Of a DNA stretch of 64,000 nt, positions 13,401 to 23,837 are shown in pieces; positions within the stretch are counted from its first letter, which is position 1; each line of letters begins with the position of its first letter. The position numbers were made by a program, and so were the translations under genes. The DNA lies in NCBI GenBank assembly GCA_026770705.1, contig JANJGN010000021.1, positions 100,874,001 to 100,938,000 of the forward strand, given 5' to 3'. This DNA is from Isurus oxyrinchus (Eukaryota). Below the pieces are notes generated by a model, which worked only from the letters and a program-made list of their open reading frames with translations, was not told where the DNA came from and ran no database searches.

Positions 13401-14871
13401 TCCTTAATAATATGTTCAGAATATCGAATGTCTCCACTTCATTATACATTTTCATCTGAAATCCAGCATGATGCTTCAGTACGAACATAAGCTTTCATTA
13501 TCCATCATAAAGGATTATTAAGGGGGCAGCAAGTTAGCAACATCGAGGAACTGCAGTGCGCGCCATAATGATACATATCATTTTAAAATAATGTGCAGAA
13601 GAAGCGGTGAAACGGTTTCACATGAGGTGGTACAACGGGATGGAATAGACTCACACCTGTGAAAACGATCAGAGCAAAAAAAAAAATTAAACAGTGCAAG
13701 CGTTCTCCTTTTCCTAGAGTTGATTACCGTGCAGGTACTTAACAATATTTCATCAGTTCAATTGCCACATACCGAGGCAAAGAGCGAGCGGTGTGTCTTT
13801 AGAACAACACACTGACATTAAAACTCAACAGTGGCACGGAAAATGTGCCAACGTTTTTTCTCTAGAAGGGAGTGACTGAATAAAGTAATGTTACCATTAA
13901 ATAAAGAGATCTTGTTGACAATTTCTGCTGTCGAAGCATACCACAAATAATTGGAGACGATCTTTAAATTATTTTATCTCAGCACAAAAATTATCAGTAA
14001 GGTTTTTTGTGCCAGGTCTAACTTTGTGCACTATTAAGGAAACCTAAGGGTGCCATCAGGTCAACTAAACTTTAATGAATAAAAAGTTGACGATTGTGAT
14101 AATAACAGAGAAAACGTTTTAATTCTACTTTTATAGTTCAAACACCAGCAAAGCCGGCACTGGACCATTTAAAGATCTTTATGAGAGAATAGAGGGTCTT
14201 CAGGGTGTGGAAGAGGTACTAAAAAGTACTTTGCATCAGTATTCGCACTTGAAGGCAATGCTCAACCAGCTGCAATCAGTTGTGATGTTGAGTGAAATTA
14301 TTAATATTAACACAGATGGGAGCAGCAAAGGAACAAATAATAAGACTTAAAATAGATCTATATTCCGTCTCAGACGGAATTCTTCCAATAGCACTTAAAG
14401 CAATTGGGACAGGGGGTAGGCGAACTCCAACTTTAATACAGTCGGCCGCTGTTCCCTAAAAATGGGAGGATACCAAAATAACCCCAATTTTAAAATCAAG
14501 AGATAAAGCAGAGCCGGGTAACTAAACGCACGTTATTTTTTCATTACGGTTATAGGTCACATGGTTGGAGGTATTCCCACGCACTGTTGCTGACGCTATT
14601 TTCATATTGTGGGCATAGTTTAATTTTCAGCTATAGAGTACTGAGAAGGAGGATAAGTTAAGGTCGCATCTATATAATGAAGAAGCAATCACAGGGCAGT
14701 GCTGTTCATAGGGGGCGTGCGATTTCGTGGGCGAGCCTCGCATGCAGGGAATTAGCAGCTTTGCAGAAATAGCTCGGTTTACTGCCCACTACTTCCTGTC
14801 CACTGTGTGGAAAATTGCAGTCAAAGTCACACATCTGGTGCAGAACCCTGGAAAAATCTCCCCGCCTACAT

Positions 14872-15197
14872 TTCTTTAAAATTCATTTACAGGGTGTGGG
14901 CATCGCTGGCTCGCCCAGCATTTATTGCCCATCCCTAACTGAGCTTGAGAAGGTGGTGGTGAGCTGTCTTTGTGAACCGCTGCAATCCACATGGTGTAGG
15001 TACACCCACAGTGTTGTTAGGGAGGGAGTTCCACGATTTTGACTCAGCGTCAGTGAAGGAACGACGATATATTTCCCAGTCAGTTTGATGAGTGACTTGG
15101 AGGGGAACCTCCAGGTGGTGGTGTCCTTATATGACTGCTGCCCTTGTCCTTGCAGATGGTAGTAGCCGTGGGTTTGGAAGGTGCTATGGAGCCTTGT
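14872..15197 (-). mobile_element. CR1-clade family 2, 3' end
   Basis: Family tail gcatttattgcccatccctaa...gaaggtggtggtgagc. Confidence 0.85.
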
Positions 15198-15224
15198 CTC
15201 AATAATATGGAAAACGTGGTTAAG

Positions 15225-16275
15225 CAAGGCAGCTTTTGACCAAATGTGGCATCAAGGGGCTCTAGCAAAACTGGAGCCAATGGGAATCAGGGGGAAAACT
15301 CTCCACTGGTTGGAGTCATACCTAGTACAAAGGAAGATGGTTGTGGTTGTTGGTAGTCCAAACATCTCAGCTCCAGGACATCACTACAGGAGTTCCTCAG
15401 GGTAGTGTCCTAGGCCCAACCATCTTCAGCTACCTCATCAATGAGTTTCCTTCCATCATAAGGTCAGAAGTGGGAATGTTCACTGATGGTTGCACAATGT
15501 TCAGCACCATTCGTGACTCCTCAGATACTGAAGTAGTCCATCCCCAAATGCAGCAAGACCTGGACAATATCCAGGCTTGGGCTGACAAGTGGCAAGTAAC
15601 ATTCATGTCACACAAGAGTCAGGCAATGATCACCTTCAAGAATAGAAAATCCAACCATCACCCCTTGATGTTCAATGGCATTACCATCACTGAATTCCCC
15701 ATTATCAATATCCTGGGGTTTATCATTGGCCAGAAACTGAACTGGACTAGCCATGTAAATATTGTGGCTACAAGAGCAGGTCAATGCCTAAGAATCATGA
15801 GACGAGTAACTCACCTCCTGACTCCCCAAAGCCTGTCCACTATCTACAAGGCACAAGTCAGGGGTGTGATGGAGTACTCCACACTTGCCTGGATGAGTGC
15901 AGCTCCCACAACACTGAAGAAGCTCAACACCAGCCAGGACAAAGCAGCCCACTTGATTGGCACCACAGCCACAAACATTCACTTCCTCCACCACCAATGC
16001 ACAGTAGCAGCAGTATGTGCCATCTACAAGATGCACAGCAGGAATTCACCAAGACTCCTTCGATAGCACCTTCCAAACCCACGGCCACCACCACTTTGAA
16101 GGGCAAGTGCGGCAGGTAGATGGGAACACCATCACCTGGAAGCTCCTTTCCAAGTCACTTACCATCCTCACTTGGAAACATATGCAGTTCCTTCATTTGT
16201 CGCTGGGTCAAAATTCTGGAACTGTGGGTGTACCTACACCATATGGACTGCAGCAGTTCAAGAAGGCAGCTCACA
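15225..16275 (+). mobile_element. CR1-clade family 2 RT fragment
   Basis: AFDQMWH, GVPQGSVLGP, QDLDNIQAWADKWQVTF RT motifs. Confidence 0.93.
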
Positions 16276-17270
16276 ATGTTAATGTTATAGAATTAACTTG
16301 ATAAAAAGGCCAAAAGGCAAGCAACTGGGAACTTTAAAAATTAAAATAAGAGTCGAGAGATCAAGAGAATGAATATCATGTTACATGATCCGAAGCTTGG
16401 GATGTATTAGATTGTATATGGGGGCAGGTGGGCAAGGCTAGGTGTGGGGTGGATTGGGGGGAATGGATGTGGGAGTAGGAAGGTGGAGTGTGGGCAGGGA
16501 GTGGTGGGGGAAATGCAAATTAATTTGGGGACCGGCTTTTGGTAAGGAAATGTCTGACATTTAGAAGCTGATCATCAAACTGAAAAAACCTGCAGGCCAA
16601 ACTAGAGAAGTCCATCGAAGCAGCATTCTGTGCACCATGTAAGGGGCGTACATCTGTCCCCATCATGATTATCCAAGTCCCAATAGGCGAGAGCACGTTT
16701 TAGTGACCTTCAAGTGTGGGCAAGTGTGCCGCTCTGCTCAGCTATCTAAAACCGTACTCGAGGACGTTGCATCGACAGGTTTCTTCCTGGCTACCCAAGC
16801 AGAATCACTTTATGCCTTGCGAGAGTGGCCTGTAAGTAGATCCCAATAGTAGGCAGATCCCAACTCGCAGTGTCCTTGCAGTTTGAATTAATGAGGCAGG
16901 CTTGCTGGACATCCAACAATAATGTCCTAGTTTTCCAGAGTCTTGCCTGAACCAGGTTGTTCAGTCTCAATTTTCTTTCATAAGGCATGCCAGCATGTCG
17001 GAACCACAATGTCAAATGTAACCGTTGGCTGCTCCCGGTCCAGGATAATAACCAAAAGTTGGCCCCAAGGAAGAATAAAACATGATGACAGACTCTGTAA
17101 TGAGTGTCGATATCAGCACAAATAGCAAACATTCTAACCCCATCCGGCCCCCTGAAAATTGACTTCATCAGGTGCAACGCCAAGTTGCTAGGTACATAAA
17201 CGAGAATTGACTTTATATGCATAACTACCATTAAACCTTATGTAAGAAATGACCAAATTGGGCACAAAGC

Positions 17271-17293
17271 TTAAGGCTTAGAGGAGCACACGT
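17271..17293 (-). CDS. Gene A putative terminal coding exon (DVCSSKP*)
   Basis: Long polypyrimidine tract then ttaag| on the minus strand; phase 1 fits the TM exon; other acceptors possible. Confidence 0.35.
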
Positions 17294-17699
17294 CTTAAGG
17301 GGTGCACGGAGAAAAATGAAACAGAAATAAAACAGGCATTTATTATTTGGATTCAACTGATTTTTTTAAAATTACATGGCATTTAACAATTGTTATAGTA
17401 AAATATTTGCCAATTGAATTGAGTTGGATCTAGACTGAGGCTGTTGGCAACTCGCTAAGATTTCTTCTTTCCATATCACACACTTTTGCACTTTAATCCT
17501 GCATCATCTTTAATAGATAGATCCACGAATTAACAGAGATTTTAAATATTTTGCCAAATTGACAGTGATAATTGAAGGGGGGGGGGGAGGGGGGGGGGAG
17601 TTGGGGGGGGGGGGGACATCCTTCTGTTCATCCTATCGTCTAGCTTTGTTTCCTGTTTCCTCTCCATCTCCCAGACCTTCTCAAAACCCACACAGTCCA

Positions 17700-18350
17700 G
17701 TTCTCGTTCCACAATACTGTACTCATGTCCACAATGACCCAACTTGTTCCCACCAGACTCACACCTAATGCTTCATCTATCTCTCTAACCAACCAGTTTG
17801 CATCACTATTTATGTCCTCTTACACCACCCAGACTGCCCAGTCTAAAGACATCAGTAATATTCCATTGTGATTGTAGTCATGGTGCGATACCCTTCATTA
17901 TCGGCAGCCATGAACACAGTTGGGCATCATGTCGCCCACTGTCTCTCATCTGTGTTTTACCCTGGTGGTATTGTTCGGCATTATTATATTATCAGTGTAA
18001 TGGTACAGATCCTATAATATATTTTTCTCATATTTCCCTACAGTTACGCAGAGCAAGTAGCAACGGCAGTATTGGACTGGTTTCTTACCCTTATCTACTT
18101 CCGAATAATATCCTTCCTAAACATAAAGTCAGGCACCATATACATTCTGCTAAGAGCCAGCCTTAATTCCGCGCACTGCACGATCACCCCATGTAGCCTG
18201 ATGACCTACTGGGCATTAAGTTCTGAATAGCCCCGAACCCTGTGCATCTCAACATCAGTAAGATTGAAGCTATCCTGTTCGACCTTCACTCGGAACATAG
18301 TGGCCCAGGGTATGTTACTCCTTCTTGATCCCTCATTGGTCCAGAATTTC
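17700..18350 (+). mobile_element. Very old L2-like LINE remnant
   Basis: ctcaacatcagtaagattgaagctatcctgttc (LNISKIEAILF) resembles the L2 RT motif LNxxKTE. Confidence 0.4.
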
Positions 18351-19640
18351 CACAAGATAACTGTGCAAAAGCAAAGAAGAGATCAAAGAGCATACGCGAG
18401 AAAGCGCAATGCCACATTCAGATAGAATACCTTTGATCCCAGCTGAACTTGAATAGTCGAATTAAGGCCGTGAGGTTTTGGGGAGGGAGCTCCGCTCTGC
18501 TATGCAGCTCACAGAGACCGCTGTCATTTCTAACGCACCCAGCAGCTACACCGCTTCCCCACTCAATAAATGCACATTTTAAATGGCACTGCCATTTATC
18601 TGTGAAGCCACGACTGCACTTGGTACCATTTCGATGCAACTTTCCACCCCTCCCATCCTTCCAAAAGCACCAACGGCTAGCGCATATAAAAACCTCATAA
18701 TTTCAAGCTTATGTTTTGTTTTGCGTTTATATTTCACAGTAAATAATTCAACATATCAAAACGGCTATGTTCCGAACCTTACTCATCACTCCAATGGAAG
18801 GACAGACGCTGCGAATTTCTGCGAACAGAATTAGTGCAACATTTGTAAATAAGTTAGATATTGTTGCTTTAAAGCTATGCAACTTTGTTTGCTTTTTGGG
18901 CAGTCAAAGGGCGGATAAAATAAGTAAAATAGTCAAAATGCATAATGATGCACCCTCAGTGTTGCCAACGTTGCCTATATTGCACAACATAACATAACTT
19001 GTAAATTGAGATGTTTTAAATATTAAATAACATTATGCAGTTCTCAATGTTGCACTAAGGAGCAGAAATTCACCTTGGGCGGTGGCGCAAACCAGCGATA
19101 TCGGCCCTGGGGCCTGTTGGATGCAGCACGTGATATCTCAGTTCAGACTGTGTTTAATGAACAGCTAACCCAAAGCCGCCCATTTTGTGCCATCACCCAA
19201 GTATTTCAGCCTCTCCCGTTCTCAATGCGACTCGCACAGACTATAATTAAAGCCAATGTAGGTAACCGAAGAGTCACATTGAGACGGTAGCGTTTTTCAG
19301 AGGTACAGGCTGGAGTGCGTTATTTAATAGAAAATATGGAGCTTCATTTACAAGTGGGGTGATTCCAGGCTGAAATTTCGCCTGAACTCATTAAGCATTG
19401 GTCTAAACTATTTTCCTCTTTTTTTTAATGGGAGCGCTAACCCAGTTCTTTTCAACTGGATAATTTCTCCTCTGTCGTAGTGGCGAAAGAATTGTGAACA
19501 TCTACAAGCGCTGTTATCTGTAACTATAGTGTTATGCTGCCCGGTGTGAACGTCCGTCACTTCGATTATGGCAATAAATTCACAGCAAATAGTGTCCTGA
19601 ACGTTGAAATATTTACTTAAACCATATTGAATAATCTTAC

Positions 19641-19754
19641 CTCTGATTCTCCAGAAGAAAATGGCGATGATCAAGATGATAATAATCACTCCTCTGACAA
19701 TATGCAGCTTGGTGTTTGCAGTTATTGCTGCGTTCAGTTCAACCAGCACTGAGC
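19641..19754 (-). CDS. ncr3-like: Gene A stalk/TM exon with TM Arg (SSVLVELNAAITANTKLHIVRGVIIIILIIAIFFWRIR)
   Basis: ttgtttccgtag acceptor, G|gtaaga donor, 114 nt, phase 1-1; hydrophobic helix followed by basic stop-transfer residues. Confidence 0.88.
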
Positions 19755-20449
19755 CTACGGAAACAAATCAAAACTCGGCTAGCCATGGTCTCTCCTTCCG
19801 TTGTCTAGCTACAGGGTAACATTAAAATATCGTCTTGGTCGCTAACACAAAACGGGGGTGTGGGTGGGGCGGGGGGGGGGGGTGGGGTGGCAGTGGCGGG
19901 TAGATGTGGGTGCGTGTGGGGGGAGAGGGGCGATGATGAATTGGCAATTGGAACACCGGGCCATGTTAACCTAATCCACTCATGTGAAAATTGATAGGAA
20001 TAGATGCAACGCTGGTTTCATATCCTGATGGGGGACAATGGCCTGTATTACTTGGCGGCAAATTTGATCCCACCCAATCTTCGGTATTTCTCGAGTATTG
20101 GGCTAATTTAAACCAATCCGAATTACATGATTGAATTCAGAAGGGCAATCTCTTCCACGTTGGCCAATTTTAAGCACTGATCAATGGGTGACGTATTTCT
20201 AGCTCATTTTGACCCAGTGACAGTGAAGGAATGGTGACATATCAAGTCAGGATGGTGAGTGATTTGGAGGGGAACTTGCAGGTGGCGATCTTCACATGTG
20301 CCCTTGTCCTTCTAGATGGTAGAGGTCGTGGGTTTTAAAGGTGCTGTCTAATGAGCCTTGGTGGCTGCAGTTGTCTTGTTGATGGTACTCACTGCTGCCA
20401 ATGTGCATCGTTGTTTGAGGGAATGGGTGTTGAGGTGGTGATGTGGTGC

Positions 20450-22495
20450 CGTAATCATGACTATCTTGAAGAAGGTGCTAAGTCCGACTGCAGTAACTAT
20501 AGAGGCCTGCTTTCCACCACAGCAAAGATCATCACAAGAATCCCTTCTGATCACCTTCTCTTTGGGGCTGAAAAGCGCCTCCCAGAGTCACAATGCAGAT
20601 TCTGCCCACTAAGGGGCACAACTGACATGATCTTCATTGAGCGGCAACTGCAAGAGAAATGCAAGGAACAGCGCCAACCCTTGTACATGTCCTTCTTCGA
20701 CCTCACAAAAGCCTTTGAGACTGTCAATCTTGAAGGGTTATGGAGCATTGTCCTCCATTTTAGCTGCCCCCAAAGGTTTGTCACCATCCTCCGCCGACTC
20801 CACATGACATGCAAGCTGTGATCCTGACCAACGGTCCACATTAGGACCGGGGGGTCAAGCAAGGCTCTGTCATCTCACCAACAGTCTCCTCAATTTTCCT
20901 TGCTGCTATGCTCCATCTCACCCTCAGCAAGCTCCCCGCTCGAGTGGAGCTAAACTGCAGAACAAGTAGGAACCTGCTGCCTGCAGGCCAGAGCCATGGC
21001 CATCGCATCCTCTGTCATTGAACTACGGTAGGCAGATGATGCTTTCATCTGCGCACACTTGGAGGCCGAGCTCCAAACCACCTTCACCGAGGCCTCACAC
21101 TAAACATCCATAAGACAAAGGTCCTTTACCAACCTGCCACCTCCACAACGCACAGCCTCCCCCTCTCCCCGCTCCTGGCTATCAAAATCCACAATGAGGC
21201 CTTGGACAATGTGGGCCCCTTTCCAAACGTTGGGAGCCTATTGTCAACAAGGGCGGACATTCATGACGAGGTTCAACAGCGCCTTCAGTGTGTCAGTGCA
21301 GCCTTCAGCTGCCTAAGGAAGACGGTTTTGGAAGGCCAGGACCTCAAACCCGGCAGCAAGCTCATCATCTACTGAGCAGTAGTGATACCCGCCCTCCTAC
21401 ATGACTCAGGGAGATGGGCCATGTACATCAGGCATCTCCAAACTCTGGAGAGCACCACCAGCCCTGCCTCCGCAAGACACTGCAAATGCATTGGCAGGAT
21501 AGGCACACCGACATCAGTGTTCTCACTGAGGCCAACATCCTCGGCATCGAAGCATTGACCACACTCGATGAGCTCTGCTGGGTGAGCCACATCATCTACA
21601 TGCCTGACAGGAGACTCCCGAAACAAGCATTCTACTTGGAGCTTCAACACAGCAAGTGAGCCACAGGAGGTAGGGGAAATGCTTCAAAGACACGCACAAA
21701 GCCTCCTTGATAAAGTGCAACATCCCCACCATAAGGCCAGAAGACCATAAGACATAGGAGCAGAAATTAGGTCATTTGGCCCATCGAGTCTGCTCTGTCA
21801 TCCAATCATGTCTGATAAGTTTCTCAACCCCATTCTCCCGCCTTCTCCCCATAACCTTTGATCCCATTACCAATCAAGAACCTATCTATCTCGGTCTTAA
21901 ATACACTCAATGACCTGGCCTCCACAGCCTTCTGTGGCAATGAATTCCATAGATTCAGCACTCTCTGGCTAAAGATGTTTCTCCTCATCTCTGTTCTAAA
22001 AGGTCTTCCTTTTACTCTGAGGCTGTGCCTTCGGGTCCTAGTCTCTCCCACTAATGGATACATCTTCCCCACATCCACTCTAACCAGGCCTTTCAGTATT
22101 CTGTAAGTTTCAATCAGATCCCCCCTCATCCTTCTAAACTCCATCGAGTATAGACCTAGAGTCCTCAAAAGTTCTTCATATGTTAAGCCTTTCATCCTGG
22201 GACCTTCTGGGAATCCTTGGCCAAGGCGACCCGCAGTGGAGGGAAAGCATCCAGGAAGGTGCTGAACACCATGTGTCTCATCGCCAAGGGCCAGCTGAAA
22301 CCAAACATCGACAGCAAAATGAGTGCATGGTAACCGGGACAACTCAGCCACCCGTTCCCCCTACCACTGTCTGCCCCACCTGTGACAGAGACTGTAGGCC
22401 GCGCATTGGATTCTTCAATCACCTGGGAACTCATTTTTAGTGTGGAAGCAAGTCCTCCTCGACCCCGAGGGACTGCCTAGAAGGAGAAGAATGAG
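20450..22495 (+). mobile_element. RTE-clade LINE, 5'-truncated and degenerate
   Basis: DCSNYRG, LPESQC, TTDMIF, QEKCKEQ, FFDLTKAFETV; C-terminal CPTC...RIG...H zinc motif; aga-rich tail. Confidence 0.9.
21731..22203 (-). mobile_element. CR1 family 1 3' end nested in the RTE
   Basis: GLYSMEFRRMRGDLIETYRIL...WNSLPQ...GYGEKAGEW. Confidence 0.92.
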
Positions 22496-22825
22496 TTGCC
22501 AATCAAGCGGGCTGCTTTGTCCTGGAGGATGTGGAGCTACTTGAGTGTTGTTGGAGCTACACTCACCCCGGCAAGCGGAGAGTGTGAGTGGCATAATGAA
22601 CAGTAAAAGTTGCATCCCTCGCTTGTTTCGCACCCCCAGCAATTCAAATATACACCTCGTAAGAACCCGGTCATTTTAAATGGTTATATTTTCTCCTCAG
22701 TGGAGCCGATTATTGATTCTACAATCGGAATTTGCCGGCCTGGCAGAGACTCTGAGACTCTGAGATAAGGCCGCGACATTATATATGGATTTGCCACGAT
22801 ATTGTACACAATAAGAACGGCTTAC

Positions 22826-23167
22826 TTCTCACGGTGAGTTGAGTTCCTGCTCCATATTCCACACCCAGTAGAAGCATCATCACTTCACAGTAATACACCC
22901 CTGAATCGCTCACTCCCACATCCTTGATGAAAATGGAGGCATCTCCGGTACTAGCAAAATCCATGCTGGCCCTGTAGACCCGTCCTCTGTACACCGCTGT
23001 TCTGTTGGAAACTTCTGTTCCATTCCTCGCGCCTTTGTACCAGCTATAAGAGCCTATCGGCTTGGAGATGTTGGCTGTGTAGTCACAGGGGAGGAGGACT
23101 GTCTGCCCTTCCTCAGCCACAATAGTGAGCACCTTTTGAATGACTGCGAACTTCTCAGCGTCAATTC
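22826..23167 (-). CDS. ncr3-like: Gene A V-type (VJ) Ig domain exon, NKp30/NCR3-like
   Basis: 342 nt, phase 1-1 (cgtttccag| ... A|gtaagc). LPC...IGSYSWYK...GTEVSNRT..YRGRV...DSGVYYCEV.LLGVEYGAGTQLTV aligns by eye with human NKp30 LPC..AIGSVTWFR..GKEVRNGT.EFRGRL..DASIYVCRVEVLGLGVGTGNGTRLVV. Confidence 0.92.
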
Positions 23168-23639
23168 CTGGAAACGAAGAAAGTTTACGTTATTTGCTTC
23201 AATGTTGTGTCTTTGAGAGTCAGTCCTGAAAGTGAACATCTCAACGTTTCCATTTTACAACCATTGATTCAGCGTTAACAACAATTGCTAGCAATAAACA
23301 GTAACTGAAAACTGCATAATTTTTTAATTCATCCTTTCATGGGCGATGTGGACATCACTGCCCAGGCGTGAATTTGTTGCCTATCCCTAAGTGCCCTCGC
23401 CCACTTCAGAGGGCTGTTTAGACTTAGCCACGTTAAGAGTCACACGTCGGCCAGGCTGGGTATGGACGGCATTTCAAACCTCGCTTCTTTTTGGTGACTC
23501 AAATGCTGCCAGACCAGCTGCCTCCAATTTAGTTAAATCCCCTGCACATATGCACATACACACATGAACACAGAGAAACTATCCGCACCCCACTATTAAT
23601 CCACTTTTAAAATAAATCGCAATAGTATTATGAAAACTA

Positions 23640-23779
23640 NNNNNNNNNNNNNNNNNNNNNNNNNNNNNNNNNNNNNNNNNNNNNNNNNNNNNNNNNNNNN
23701 NNNNNNNNNNNNNNNNNNNNNNNNNNNNNNNNNNNNNNNNNNNNNNNNNNNNNNNNNNNNNNNNNNNNNNNNNNNNNNN
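23640..23779. other. Assembly gap (140 N) in gene A intron 1
   Basis: Run of N. Confidence 0.99.
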
Positions 23780-23794
23780 GAAGCATTTACTCAC

Positions 23795-23837
23795 TAGAGA
23801 GAGGGATTAATATCCAAAGGGTGCAGATTGGATTCAT
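23795..23837 (-). CDS. ncr3-like: Gene A leader exon (MNPICTLWILIPLS)
   Basis: 43 nt, A|gtgagt phase-1 donor; same length and MNP..T.W pattern as the gene C leader. Confidence 0.82.

Larger units (their letters stand above)
20200..22590 (-). mobile_element. CR1-clade family 2 fragment split by an RTE (pieces ~20200-20450 and ~22495-22590)
   Basis: Family sequence breaks at gatgtggtgcc and resumes at tgccaatcaagcgggctgc. Confidence 0.75.

Noticed and set aside
16791-17231. 146-aa minus-strand ORF
   Set aside because: No recognisable domain or exon boundaries; likely 3'UTR or intergenic sequence.
19408-19640. Read-through ORF after the gene A TM exon as the cytoplasmic tail
   Set aside because: A canonical G|gtaaga donor follows WRIR and the read-through has no recognisable motif; intron retention is not excluded.
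22886-22892. Cryptic RSS heptamer CACAGTA inside the gene A V exon
   Set aside because: It is simply the Tyr-Cys codons; there is no nonamer at 12 or 23 bp spacing.
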